Shown here one piece after another: positions 28,118-37,923 of a stretch of DNA of 64,000 nt. The notes under the pieces were generated by a model. The model did not search any database, was not told where the DNA came from, and worked only from the letters and a program-made list of their open reading frames with translations. Made by a program: the position numbers and the translations under genes. The stretch spans positions 187,475 through 251,474 of IMG/VR virus record IMGVR_UViG_3300036715_003906, one strand, 5' to 3'. Every line of letters starts with the position of its first letter. The stretch's first letter is position 1.

Positions 28118-28831
28118 GTGGAAAGAAGTTGCGATGCGTGCGGGGCCACCTACGTGGCGCACCCCTACCTTATACACCAAGGCCAGGGGTTGACGTGCGG
28201 TCGATCGTGCCCCGCCCGCACGAAAACACGGCTTGTGTGCGGCGTCTGCGCCACCCCATTCACCCGGAGTCCTTCCCAGCAAAAGTCTCAACACGGTCAC
28301 GTCTTCTGTTCCAGGGCGTGCCACTACAAGGGGCGGAGCCTGGGACTGGTCAAGAGGGTGGTCAAGGCGCCCTATAGCTACACCGCGGAGTCCAAGGCGA
28401 GGCTTGTCGCGGCCTCCTCGCGGCCAAAGGGGCAGCGTGTCTTTCATCCCCTCGTCTGCACCCACTGCCAGCAACCTTTTGACGACCCCAACGACGGGCG
28501 GAAACGAAAGAGCGGGCTGCCCTTCTGCTCCCTCTCGTGCTGCAATCTCTACCGCCGAGGGGAGAACAATCCCTCCTGGCGTGGTGGGCACCCCGACTCC
28601 TACGGTCCCACCTGGAGAGCGATCCGCCGGGATGTACGAAAGCGCGACAAGCGTACCTGTCGCAGGTGCCAGAAGGACATGAGCAAGGGGCGGGCTCCCG
28701 ACGTTCACCACATCAAAGCCATCGGGTCTTTCGCGACCACGGAAGAGGCTAACCACCTGGGGAACCTCGTGTGTCTCTGCCACTCCTGCCACATGTACGT
28801 CGAGTGGCACGGGATGGACTTCACGCCCTAA
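28118..28831 (+). CDS. HNH endonuclease with N-terminal zinc-finger repeats
   Basis: FCSRAC and FCSLSC repeats, GENNPSWRGG, VHHIK...NLVCLCHSCH. Confidence 0.88.
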   Translation: MERSCDACGATYVAHPYLIHQGQGLTCGRSCPARTKTRLVCGVCATPFTRSPSQQKSQHGHVFCSRACHYKGRSLGLVKRVVKAPYSYTAESKARLVAASSRPKGQRVFHPLVCTHCQQPFDDPNDGRKRKSGLPFCSLSCCNLYRRGENNPSWRGGHPDSYGPTWRAIRRDVRKRDKRTCRRCQKDMSKGRAPDVHHIKAIGSFATTEEANHLGNLVCLCHSCHMYVEWHGMDFTP

Positions 28832-29087
28832 CGTACCTTTCAAACGACCCTCGTTGATGACCCCGCTCCCTGGCACCTGGGTACGGACTACGACCGGAAA
28901 AGGTGGGCCGGAGGAGTTCACGCCATGTACGCCTATGGCCCCTTCCTTAGTACCCGGTTGCGTAACAAGAAACGAGAGGACCTCTCCCCGGGGGAGCGTG
29001 TCACGAAGGGCAGGGGGCGGAGAAGGGGAACGGGTCATGGGCGGGAGGATACACCACGGCGGGCGTCCTTGTGTCGCAGACGGGGGC

Positions 29088-29315
29088 ATGGACGACGCAC
29101 GCAGGCCGACGGAGACGGAGGTGATGAGCCTCCTGGAGCAGATGATCGTGGCGGTCGAGGAGGCCCAGAATGTCATCCAGGACGACAGCCGCATCACGGG
29201 CCCGAAGGACCGGGCTGAGATCCAGGACCAGATGCGCCACGTCCGGGCCCTCTCCCTCGACGTCGACCGCCTGGTCGCCGAACGGGCCCCGGGGTGGGGA
29301 CGTACAGGCCCCTGA
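29088..29315 (+). CDS. Small helical hypothetical protein
   Basis: ATG after GGGGG; amphipathic helices. Confidence 0.5.
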   Translation: MDDARRPTETEVMSLLEQMIVAVEEAQNVIQDDSRITGPKDRAEIQDQMRHVRALSLDVDRLVAERAPGWGRTGP

Positions 29316-29336
29316 CGGGCGGTGTAGGGGCGGGAC

Positions 29337-29826
29337 ATGCCCCCCATCTCCCCCGAAGCCGAACGTCTCGTCCGGGCCCTCCACACCCCCCTCTGGACGT
29401 GGGACCCCTGCCCCTTCGCGGACGAGGTAGGCGAGGTCTTCGATACCTACTTCCGCCACCTCCACTTCCGGGGGCACGGCGTCACCTTCGCCGGGTCGCG
29501 GCACTTCATCGCCGACATCTACCTCCACCTCCCCTCGGGGCCGCGGAAGTTCGCCCACGTCTACAGCCCCCACTCGGGGGGGGCTCGTGATCTTCGGACC
29601 CCACTGGGCGTACCTGCACGGGACCTTCCTCCCCTGGATCACGAAGGCCGTCGCGGACAGGGACCGGGAAGAGAAGGAGAAGCGGGACCTGACCATGCGC
29701 GAGCAGGGGGCCGCCCTGAAGGACGAGCTGGAAGCATGGGCCGTGCCCCGCGGGATGAGGAAGCCCCCGCCCGCGCCCCCGGAGACCCTGACCGATACCT
29801 GGTCGGACCTCCGCGGGGTCGGATGA
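29337..29826 (+). CDS. Hypothetical protein (frameshift at the G run near 29580), paralog of 29639-30340
   Basis: CGGTGTA-N10-ATG; shares FRxxHFxxHG and GPHWAYxxxxFLP with its neighbour. Confidence 0.6.
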
Positions 29827-30340
29827 GAGGCGACGGTAACCGAGGGCGCAGGTCCTCCCAGCACTCCTCGATCGGAGGTTCAGGCTCGGGGCTATCGGGC
29901 GCGGGGAAGGGCCCCCGGGCCTGAGCCCAGGACAGGAGAGCCTTCTCCCGGGCCCGCTTCGCCGCCTTCACCGCCCGAGCGCGATCGGACGCCCGCTCGG
30001 CCTGCTCGGCCCGGCGGAGGTCGAGGAGGAGGGGGAGGAAGACGGTCTCGATGTAGGCCCAGTGTGGGCCGTCGGTCCACGTCCCATCCCCGCGGTTCGT
30101 CCACTCGTGGTTGCACACCTCCTGCGGCTCCCCCTCGGGGGGGACGAGCCAGACGCGCCAGACGCCGTCGTCCTTGTGCTCGCCGTGCCCGTCGACCTCG
30201 AAGATCAGGCCGTGGTCGGTGAAGTGGACCCGGCGAAATGTGCCCCCTCCGGGATAGCACTCGCCGGGGGTGTTTGGGGGAAAGGCGACGACCGGGTAGA
30301 GACGCCTCAGCAGGGCGAGGATGTGCTTCGGGATGGACAC
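29639..30340 (-). CDS. Hypothetical protein
   Basis: AAGGAG Shine-Dalgarno; motifs shared with the convergent paralog. Confidence 0.6.
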   Translation of the reverse strand: MSIPKHILALLRRLYPVVAFPPNTPGECYPGGGTFRRVHFTDHGLIFEVDGHGEHKDDGVWRVWLVPPEGEPQEVCNHEWTNRGDGTWTDGPHWAYIETVFLPLLLDLRRAEQAERASDRARAVKAAKRAREKALLSWAQARGPFPAPDSPEPEPPIEECWEDLRPRLPSPLIRPRGGPTRYRSGSPGARAGASSSRGARPMLPARPSGRPPARAWSGPASPSLPGPCPRRPS

Positions 30341-30469
30341 GGGGGCGCTCCTTGGATGAGGGGAACGCCTCCGGCGAGCTAGCTCCCTTTCGGGGACGTG
30401 TCCCCCGACAGAGCGGGGGCCTCAAGCCTGCAAGGCCCCGGGACCCTAGCACGGGCCCGCGGGGGAAGG

Positions 30470-31330
30470 CTACTGGGCCAGGGCGGGCCCGTCGCCGAGA
30501 TCCTCTGCCAGCTCCCGGAGCAGCGGGGCGACCTTCTTCCGCAGCCAGTTGAGCCAGTTGACGTAGCCGTTGCGCGTCTGACCCTCGGGGTAGCCCGGCA
30601 GGGTGCGGAGGACCTCCTGGATGCCCTGGCCGGGGTTGGAGCTGTCGAGGAGCTGGTCGAAGAACTCCGGCATCGACGGGTGGATGCGGGCCAGGGCCGG
30701 CTTGACCTTCCGTTCCCACGTCGCGGGGCTAAAGAGCCGCTCGACCAGCCGGTAGTCGCCCGGGTCGTCGTACCAGTAGGGGTTGCGATCGAAGGTCTTG
30801 TCGACGAGGGCCATGTTCTTGCTCTCGTCCGCCTCCTCCCCGTCCGCGCCCTCGCTCGGGGCATCGATCTTCTGGTTGCGCCGGTTGCGCTGGAGGGTGT
30901 CCGCCATCCACCCGACCTGCGTCACGAAGAAGGACAGGGCCGACTTCAGGGGCGTCGCCTTGATCTTCGTCCCGCCCTCCATGACCTTCAGCAAGGCGTC
31001 CTGCACCACGTCCTCGGCGTCCTGGGGGTTGCCCGTCTTCTTGAGCGCCACCTGGTAGGCCAGGAGCGCCTCCCGCTTCAGGTAGCCGTGCGGCAGGCTG
31101 GCCGGGTTGGGCCTCTCCGGGTTCCACCGCGGCCCCGGCTCGGGCATCCCCGTGACGCCGGCCATGAGGAAGAAGGTCCCGAGCTGCCGTCCCCAGGCGT
31201 CAGCCACAGCGGCGTCCGCCAGGCGAAGGAAGACGGTGGCGAGACGATACCCCCACGGCAGGGCGGAGCCGAGCCGGGAGGTGAGGCGAGAGGCTCGCCC
31301 CGCGAGCGCTGCTTGACGAGGGTCCATCAC
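30470..31330 (-). CDS. Sigma-70/ECF-like sigma factor
   Basis: Region-2 signature AYQVALKKTGNPQDAEDVVQDALLKV. Confidence 0.6.
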   Translation of the reverse strand: MMDPRQAALAGRASRLTSRLGSALPWGYRLATVFLRLADAAVADAWGRQLGTFFLMAGVTGMPEPGPRWNPERPNPASLPHGYLKREALLAYQVALKKTGNPQDAEDVVQDALLKVMEGGTKIKATPLKSALSFFVTQVGWMADTLQRNRRNQKIDAPSEGADGEEADESKNMALVDKTFDRNPYWYDDPGDYRLVERLFSPATWERKVKPALARIHPSMPEFFDQLLDSSNPGQGIQEVLRTLPGYPEGQTRNGYVNWLNWLRKKVAPLLRELAEDLGDGPALAQ

Positions 31331-31353
31331 CCTCCCCCCTGGCCATAAAGACT

Positions 31354-32205
31354 CTACCCGCGGAGCGTGACCCGGAGGCGACCCGAGACCTTCACGTCGA
31401 GCTTCTCCAGGGCCTCCATCCCCGTGTACCCCTGGCCCACGAGGTCGAGGAAGCTCTCCCCCTTGGCCGTCTGCGCCGTGCCCGCCCGCGTCGTGATCCT
31501 CTTGAGGTCCACCCGCGCCTCGATGTCGTCCTCCCCCCAGTGAACCCTCTCCAGATTGTACTCCACCTCGCCCCCCTCCGACCGCTGTCGAAGCTCGGGG
31601 AACCGGTCCGCCACCCGCTCCTTATGACGCCGCGAGGACGTCCTACAGTAGTTCGCCCAGTGATTGTGGATCGCGGTCTTCAAGTAGCCCCGCCACTGCG
31701 CCGCCGAGATCGCCGGACCCGGGCCGAAGGCCGGGGTGAAGTGAAGGCGCCGAAACCCCTTCTCCTCCGCCAGCCGCTCCACGTCGAGGGTGAGATACCG
31801 CGTCCCCCTCCCCGCGTAGCCCTCATGGCCCCCCTTGAGCTTCCCCTCCCCGTCCACCGGCTCCGGGGCCCACTTCGCCTTCCAGGGCTTCTCCATCCCT
31901 GCCTTCTTCACCCCGAAGCGGAAGGCGTACTGCCGAGACCGCCACTGAGCGAACTTGATCCCCAGACGCTGACACGCCTCCTCCGCCGTCATCGTGAGCG
32001 GAGCCCGTGAGGCCACCATCCTCTGAAACTTCCCGAGGACGTCCGACTCGATGATCTTCAGGCTGATGTGCTGGAACACATCCTCATACGTCCCCGCACC
32101 CCCCTGATTGATCCGAAGGATCGTGCTGCGGATGAAGGCCGCCTCCGTCCGAAACAGATCCTCGTAGGATGACGGAATGTGCTGAGCACTCATGCTGCCT
32201 TTCAT
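31354..32205 (-). CDS. Divergent sigma-factor-like protein
   Basis: YEDLF..(EDVFQHISLKI)...WRGYLKTAIHNHWANYCR: region 2 split by an insertion; preceded by a class A promoter. Confidence 0.45.
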   Translation of the reverse strand: MKGSMSAQHIPSSYEDLFRTEAAFIRSTILRINQGGAGTYEDVFQHISLKIIESDVLGKFQRMVASRAPLTMTAEEACQRLGIKFAQWRSRQYAFRFGVKKAGMEKPWKAKWAPEPVDGEGKLKGGHEGYAGRGTRYLTLDVERLAEEKGFRRLHFTPAFGPGPAISAAQWRGYLKTAIHNHWANYCRTSSRRHKERVADRFPELRQRSEGGEVEYNLERVHWGEDDIEARVDLKRITTRAGTAQTAKGESFLDLVGQGYTGMEALEKLDVKVSGRLRVTLRG

Positions 32206-32210
32206 GCCCT

Positions 32211-32239
32211 CTACTACGCCCGAGGACCCCGGGAATCAA
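32211..32239 (-). promoter_or_regulatory. Class A promoter
   Basis: TTGATT-N17-TAGTAG, ATG 5 nt downstream. Confidence 0.8.
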
Positions 32240-32389
32240 AGAGCGATCCGAAGATTTCGGACCGCCTCGCCCCCTTCTACCCCCACCACCTTTGGTGTCA
32301 ACTGGGTAGCAACAAATACGGAGGTCCTAAGAGGTACGCTCCCGTCCCCTTCACGCGCAAGGAGACCTTCCCTTCCCTCCCCAGAGGAA

Positions 32390-32624
32390 GGGAGCCCCTC
32401 CCTGATCCCTCCCAAGGGAGCCCAGAGGAAGGGAGGGAAGGTCTCCCTTCCTCTGGGGCGGAGGGGGTCCCCTCCTCTCCCCGGAGGAAGAGGGGCTGTG
32501 TACCATCCCCCCCCCCTGATCCTCCCCGGGCCCCTCTCTGACGAGGAGGATCGATCCGGGGAGCCATGGGGGGCCTACAGGGGAGCCCCTCCCTGATCCC
32601 TCCCAAGGGAGCCCAGAGGAAGGG
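32390..32624. repeat. Two 44-bp direct repeats (32390-32433, 32581-32624) with nested inverted repeats
   Basis: GGGAGCCCCTCCCTGATCCCTCCCAAGGGAGCCCAGAGGAAGGG, two copies. Confidence 0.85.
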
Positions 32625-32679
32625 GGAGCCCTTCGTCACACTACGGTCGCGATCGGTTTTTTTCTAGTTCGGCCTCATG

Positions 32680-33015
32680 GGGTCCTTCTCTTCCTTGGGT
32701 GGGAGCCGTGGGGGGAGTGGGAGCTTCGCTCTCTCTTCCTCTGGTCTCTCTTGCCGTGGTGGGGTTGGTGGGGTTGGTGGGGTTGGTGGTCTCTCTTGGT
32801 TCTCTTGGGGTGTTGGTCTTTATCCTTGGGGTGTTGGTGTTGGTTCCTTCTCTCGGGGGGAGATGGGTGGTGGTTGTGGTTTCGGGGTTTGGGTTGGGAG
32901 TGGGTTCCAGGTTCGGATCACCTGATCAAGAAGAGAGAGAGAGAGAGCCAGAGAGGCTCTCTCCTAGTTCTTCTTGATCCAGATCAGATCGACGAGATGG
33001 CTCGATCGGATCACG
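32680..33015. other. Low-complexity G/T-skewed tract, (GGTGGGGTT)3, (GA)n and GATC cluster; candidate replication origin
   Basis: A-poor top strand followed by dense GATC; no credible ORF. Confidence 0.45.
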
Positions 33016-33377
33016 GAGTGACCAACAGCATTAGGAAGAGGTGAGAGGAGGCCAAAGCTCTCCCCCTTCCCCCGACTCCCCCTGAACCACGATCGCGACA
33101 TCCGCGTCGTGAAGGGAGCACGGCATGAGAGGCATCCTCCGAGAAGATCTCGAAAGGGGTCCGCCTCTCCCTGGACGATCGATTTTTCGCCCTCACCAAT
33201 GCGTCGGATGGAACGCAGAGAGGGACTGCCCCCCACCGGGAAGGTGGGGGTAGGGAACCTACTAACCTTTGCGCCTGGACCGGGCACAGTGAGCGGGAAT
33301 ACCCCACCTGGGGCAAGGGGCAAGAAGAAAGAGACCCCCCCTGCCTCAAATCTTTCACTCATGGCCTCGGGGGGGCT

Positions 33378-33689
33378 GTGGAACGAACGACGATCCTCAC
33401 GGTGGCGGAGGTGGCGGAAGCCACGGTAAAAATGACCCTCCCTGCTCCTCTGCGGGTGGGGGATCGGCTCACCCTTCGCTTCCGGTTGCGGCGGCAGCAC
33501 CAGGGGAGAACGGAGGCGCTGGACATCCTCGGGGTCTACCGGGTGGTGTCCTCGGCCGTGGGGACCCAGCACCACGCGGTGGAGGTTGAGTCCACGGGGC
33601 TCGTTCCTCGCTGGAAGGCCGTGAAGAAGGAACGCCCCTTCCAGCGCATCCTCGGCCCCACTCACCTCAAGGGAACGGTGGGCGGATGA
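33378..33689 (+). CDS. Hypothetical protein
   Basis: ORF track; 4-nt overlap with the next gene. Confidence 0.45.
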   Translation: MERTTILTVAEVAEATVKMTLPAPLRVGDRLTLRFRLRRQHQGRTEALDILGVYRVVSSAVGTQHHAVEVESTGLVPRWKAVKKERPFQRILGPTHLKGTVGG

Positions 33690-34174
33690 GCCCCCTGCTC
33701 CCCACCGAAGAACACCTCGCCACCCTGCCTCGGGCGATCTGGATGCAGGACGGGGTGAACCTCGTGATCTACCGCGGCTCCCCCGAGGACATCGTCCGGG
33801 GCCTCCTCCGCCAGAAGGGCGTCCCCGCCCGGGGCCGGCTCCGCCCCGCCCTCGGCGTCCTCAGCGCCCTCCTCGCCCGGGAACGAGGCATCCTCATCGA
33901 CATGGCCGATCCGGTCCCCGAGGGAGCCGCCCCCGCCCTCTTCGTTCATGCCCTCCTGGTCACCCGCATGGCCCGCCCCCTCGGGGACGCCTTACCCGGA
34001 GCCTGGGAGGCCCCTTCCTGGGCCTTTGGACCCTTCCCCCTTACCCAGGAAGGGGTCGGGGCCTCCGGGGCCTTCCTGGGCCACTCCTCCTCGAGGAAGG
34101 CCCGGAGGTCCTCGAGGATGGCGTCGGCGGCCAGGTCAAGCCGGGCGAAGGGAAAGAGGCGCCGGGCACGGTAG
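33686..34174 (+). CDS. Hypothetical protein
   Basis: The first ~100 aa are protein-like. Confidence 0.45.
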   Translation: MSPLLPTEEHLATLPRAIWMQDGVNLVIYRGSPEDIVRGLLRQKGVPARGRLRPALGVLSALLARERGILIDMADPVPEGAAPALFVHALLVTRMARPLGDALPGAWEAPSWAFGPFPLTQEGVGASGAFLGHSSSRKARRSSRMASAARSSRAKGKRRRAR

Positions 34175-34431
34175 ACCTCGTCGGAGAAGTCCGCGACGGT
34201 GGGCGGGTTCAGCCCGACCCGCCCCTGGACCCAGCGGTCGAAGAAGAGGGCGTCACTCCGCCGGTCCTCCCCGAAGACCAGGATGAGGCCCTTGCCGTGA
34301 ATCCCGTCGCGGCGGACCCGGAGGCCCACGGCGCGCTCGCGTCCGTTGTAGAAGGGGAAGGTGTCGATCTCGATGTCGTAGCGCGGCTCGTCGTCAAGCC
34401 AGGGGGCCCTGGAGGCCAAAGGATGCGTTAC
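33946..34431 (-). CDS. Hypothetical protein (start uncertain)
   Basis: TFPFYNGRER...LVFGEDRRSDALFFD; GC3-rich codons. Confidence 0.5.
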   Translation of the reverse strand, partial: VTHPLASRAPWLDDEPRYDIEIDTFPFYNGRERAVGLRVRRDGIHGKGLILVFGEDRRSDALFFDRWVQGRVGLNPPTVADFSDEVYRARRLFPFARLDLAADAILEDLRAFLEEEWPRKAPEAPTPSWVRGKGPKAQEGASQAPGKASPRGRAMRVTRRA

Positions 34432-34453
34432 CCCGGCGGTGTAGGCCGGGGAC

Positions 34454-34639
34454 ATGCAAAACCACGATCGGGTCTGGGGTGCGCTCGGGGCGGTCTGCGG
34501 GTTCCCGGCGCTCACGACGCCGTTCCTGCTCAGGGCGGGCCGCCCGCACCTGCCCCTCTGGACGGTCCTCGGGGGCCTCGTGGGCGTCTTCGCTTGCCAG
34601 GCGTACGGGAAGCGGGCGGACGCCCGGGTCCGGGGCTAA
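34454..34639 (+). CDS. Small two-helix membrane protein
   Basis: CGGTGTA-N10-ATG; hydrophobic. Confidence 0.55.
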   Translation: MQNHDRVWGALGAVCGFPALTTPFLLRAGRPHLPLWTVLGGLVGVFACQAYGKRADARVRG

Positions 34640-35218
34640 GAGCAGGCCGCGGGCCTGGCTGATCTTGGTGGCGATGCGCTGGGCGGAGCCACGGCCGGCC
34701 GTGGTCTTCACCTGGAAGAGCCCGCGGACCTCGCAGCGGTCCTGGCCCGCCACGGGGCAGGAGAGGTCGACGCGGATGAGGTGCCCTTCGTTTGCCCCCT
34801 TGGCGGCCGTCTCGGTCGCCAAGGGGCTCGGGCACCAGGTCCGTGCCGCGGACGCCCCACCCCACCCCGGAGCCCTCGATGGGCATCCGGCGGACCCGCT
34901 TCTGGAGGTCCGCCACGACGTTCGTCACCCTCCGCTGGCCGACCTTGTGGAGCTGGCCCGTGGTGTCGCCCGTCACGGGGTCGACATCGTAGCGCCCGTC
35001 GGTCCGCTCGCTATCGCCCTTGACATCGTGGTCTCGCCCGCCCGGTGCCGTGGAAGGTCTGGTACGTCACGATCCGGGCGTTGGCCCGGCGGGGCTTGCC
35101 CTGGGCATCGGTGCCGAGGACCCCGGTCTTGGAGATCAACGTCCCCGGGGAGGACTCGGTCCAGGTGAGAGGAGTGTTCGTCCTGTCCCCCCGCTACACC
35201 ACGGTGTACAGGTCGGCC

Positions 35219-35824
35219 ATGAGCCACCCCTCCGCCGACTCCCCCACCCCCGCCCAGCTCGACACCGCCTTCCTCCATCTCTGGACCACCCGCGAGATCC
35301 GTAGCTTCGCCCCGCACCCCATCCTCGATGCCCTCGTGGCCGCGAACCGGGCCGTGGTCGAGGTAGCACCCCCCGCCCTCCGTCCGACCGGTACGACCGA
35401 GCGGACGTGGGTCTACCGGCCTCACCCCTCGGCGGATGTCATGATCGTCCCCTTCCCTGACCCGACGCCCCCGGCCTCCCCGACCCCCGAGGTCGCCGAG
35501 GTCCCCTTCGACGTGTACACGCAGGTCGACCACCGGGTCGGGGTCATCCTCTCGGCCGCCGCCATCCCGAAGAAGAAGAAGCTCCTCGACCTCTCGATCG
35601 ACCTCGGGGAAGCCACCCCCCGCCGGATCATCTCCGGCCTCGCCCTGGCCCGCAAGCCCGAGGAGCTGATCGGTCTCCGCGTCCTGGTCGTCACGAACCT
35701 CCCGCCCCGGGACTTCGGCGGGGGCCTCATCTCGCGCGGGATGATCCTCGCGGCCTCCTACGGGGACGACCTCGCCCTCGTCACCGTCGACCGGCCGGCC
35801 CGGGCCGGCACCCGGGCCACCTGA
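35219..35824 (+). CDS. tRNA-binding OB-fold protein (Trbp111/CsaA/MetRS C-terminal-like)
   Basis: VD.RVG.I..A......KLL.L.IDLGE..RRIISG...PEELIG..V.VVTNL.PR...G..S.GMILAA. Confidence 0.85.
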   Translation: MSHPSADSPTPAQLDTAFLHLWTTREIRSFAPHPILDALVAANRAVVEVAPPALRPTGTTERTWVYRPHPSADVMIVPFPDPTPPASPTPEVAEVPFDVYTQVDHRVGVILSAAAIPKKKKLLDLSIDLGEATPRRIISGLALARKPEELIGLRVLVVTNLPPRDFGGGLISRGMILAASYGDDLALVTVDRPARAGTRAT

Positions 35825-36414
35825 TGGCCTCCCCCGCCCCGAAGAAGGCCCCCGACGACATGGCGGCCCTCTGCCTCTCCTGGGCCCTTCGGACGGGCCC
35901 TCTGGCGTCGTCCGGGGCCCAGGCTCTCACCCTGGCGGATACGGACGCGGGCCCGGCCCTGGTGGCGCAGGTCCTCGGGCGCCTCGGGTCCAGCGTGCTC
36001 TCGCTTCTCCTCGACACGGACGCCCCCTTCCCGGAGGCCCTGATCAAGCAGCAGCCCGGGCACGCGGCCTACGTCGAGATCCGGGCGTCCTCCCGGTCCC
36101 GGCTGGCCCGCCGGCTCGGGTGGCGCGGTGGGGACGCCTACCGCGTCTCGGGGGAGTCCCTCGGGTTCCACCTGGCCTTGCACGTCAGGGTCCCCTACGC
36201 GGACGCCCTCTGGCTCTGGGGGGCGGCGCTCTTCTCGGGCACGCCCCCCTCGCTTCACCCCCACCTCACGGTCTCCCGCGCCCCCCTGGGCTACGTGACC
36301 CTTCGCCTCCACCTCCACCCCCGGAGATCCCCTGATGCCCCCCCTGTCCACCGCGCTCCTGCTCACCGACCTTCCCCCCGGCTGCGAGGACCTCACCCTC
36401 CTGCTCTCCTGTGA
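35824..36414 (+). CDS. Hypothetical protein
   Basis: ORF track; translationally coupled start. Confidence 0.5.
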   Translation: MASPAPKKAPDDMAALCLSWALRTGPLASSGAQALTLADTDAGPALVAQVLGRLGSSVLSLLLDTDAPFPEALIKQQPGHAAYVEIRASSRSRLARRLGWRGGDAYRVSGESLGFHLALHVRVPYADALWLWGAALFSGTPPSLHPHLTVSRAPLGYVTLRLHLHPRRSPDAPPVHRAPAHRPSPRLRGPHPPALL

Positions 36415-36697
36415 GGGCGGGATGCGCGTCGCCCTGGACCTCTTGATCGCCCGGCCCGCGCCCCCCACGGCGGCCGAGGTGCGGATGCTGGTCGACCACT
36501 GGTACTCGATGCCGGGGCACGGGGCGGGGGGCATCCTCCATGTCGCCCTCGACGACGGCAACCTCGACGACGGCAACCTCCGCTGGCTCCGGGACGAGGC
36601 GACGGCCGCGGGCAACGTCCTCGGGCACCTGCTCGCCACCGTGCTTCTCCGGGTCCCCGAACCGGAGCGAAAGCGCTGCCTGTGGGGTGAGGACTAG
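36335..36697 (+). CDS. Hypothetical protein (AGG.LHVALDDGN motif)
   Basis: ORF track; conserved-looking motif. Confidence 0.55.
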   Translation: MPPLSTALLLTDLPPGCEDLTLLLSCEGGMRVALDLLIARPAPPTAAEVRMLVDHWYSMPGHGAGGILHVALDDGNLDDGNLRWLRDEATAAGNVLGHLLATVLLRVPEPERKRCLWGED

Positions 36698-37023
36698 CCC
36701 TCGAAGGGCTGGTCGTGGAGCGCCCCGGCCAGCACGAGCAGGTGGGTCACCCACCGCTGAACCTCGACCAGATGGTCGCCCCCGACGTCGCTCAGCGTGA
36801 TGCCCACGGTCGCCTTGACCATCCCCTCCCGCACCTCCAGCCGGAGCCACAGGCACTGGTCCTCGTCCGGCTCGGGGTTCGGGGCGCCGACCACCGGGGG
36901 GCGGAAGGAGACGCGGGTCGCCTGGTATGCCCCCCTGAGCCCCTGGAGGTAGCGGAGGGGCGTGTGCAGGAAGGGGCAGAGGGCGGAGGCTTCGATGACC
37001 GTGGTGATGTCGGAGAGGAGCAT
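36694..37023 (-). CDS. Hypothetical protein
   Basis: CGGTGTA-N10-ATG at 37023. Confidence 0.55.
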   Translation of the reverse strand: MLLSDITTVIEASALCPFLHTPLRYLQGLRGAYQATRVSFRPPVVGAPNPEPDEDQCLWLRLEVREGMVKATVGITLSDVGGDHLVEVQRWVTHLLVLAGALHDQPFEG

Positions 37024-37040
37024 GGCCTCCCCGTACACCG

Positions 37041-37868
37041 CTAGAAACAGGAGTCCGAGCAGGGGCGCTCGCCCAGCTCGGCCGCGTTCAGCACCGGGAG
37101 AGACCGGCCCTTCTTCGCGACGTACTCCGTGATGCTCCCGGGGCGGTTCTTCGTCGAGGAGCGCCAGAGGCCCTCGACGTTCGTGAGGCCCGGCTTGGCC
37201 AGGCGCTCCATCTCGACGATGCGGGCGACCAGGTGATCCGGCAGGGCGTCGATCTCGTGAGGCTTCGACGCCGGGCAGAAGAAGCAGGCCGACTTGGCCG
37301 GGACCGGCAGGCCCGCGGCGGCAATCTGCCGGATGCACTCCTCCCGGTCCCAGCCCCACTCCCGCAGGGGATACCAGTAGCGGTACTCCTTGTCGTCGGT
37401 CATCCGCCAGGCCCGGCGCCCGTCCGCCTTGCCGCTGTCGTAGCCGATCGCCTTCGTCACCTTCTCGCCCCGGGCCCAGGCTTCCTGAGCAGGGGCCCAC
37501 GCCTTCACCCTCTTGTCCTGCGGGGCCCGCTTCCACTTGAGCGAGCACGACTTGCGGCCAAAGGCGAGGGACGGGAGGGTCTTGTTGGAGATGCAGTTGC
37601 CCTCCAGGGTGCTGTACGGCGCGTTCTTGAACCGCTTGGGCACGTAGCGGACCACCTCGACCGCAGGGAAGCCCACGCTCCTCAGCCATGCCTGGATCAC
37701 GGGCAGGTAGGCGTAGGTCTCGGGCTTCTCGCTGCCCGTGTCGGCCGTCAGGATGAGATCGGGGCGAATGCCCCGTTGCCAGAGGCCCACGAGCATGGCG
37801 GTCGAATCGACCCCCAGGCCATAGGCGATCACGAGAGGGGCCACGGGGGGTGCGGAGGGGGTATCCAT
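37041..37868 (-). CDS. PAPS-reductase-like adenine-nucleotide alpha-hydrolase
   Basis: PP-loop YGLGVDS, DTGSEKPETY, SCSLKWK, YPL and KSACFFCP. Confidence 0.8.
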   Translation of the reverse strand: MDTPSAPPVAPLVIAYGLGVDSTAMLVGLWQRGIRPDLILTADTGSEKPETYAYLPVIQAWLRSVGFPAVEVVRYVPKRFKNAPYSTLEGNCISNKTLPSLAFGRKSCSLKWKRAPQDKRVKAWAPAQEAWARGEKVTKAIGYDSGKADGRRAWRMTDDKEYRYWYPLREWGWDREECIRQIAAAGLPVPAKSACFFCPASKPHEIDALPDHLVARIVEMERLAKPGLTNVEGLWRSSTKNRPGSITEYVAKKGRSLPVLNAAELGERPCSDSCF

Positions 37869-37923
37869 GCGGGTCTCCAGGGGGATAAATGCTTCGGGCC
37901 GCTCATCGCGGCCCGGGGGTGAA

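Noticed and set aside
32640-32910. Minus-strand open frame (PNPNPETTT...) as part of a replication initiator
   Set aside because: It has no start codon or flanking domain, and the open frame follows from the T-poor composition of that strand.
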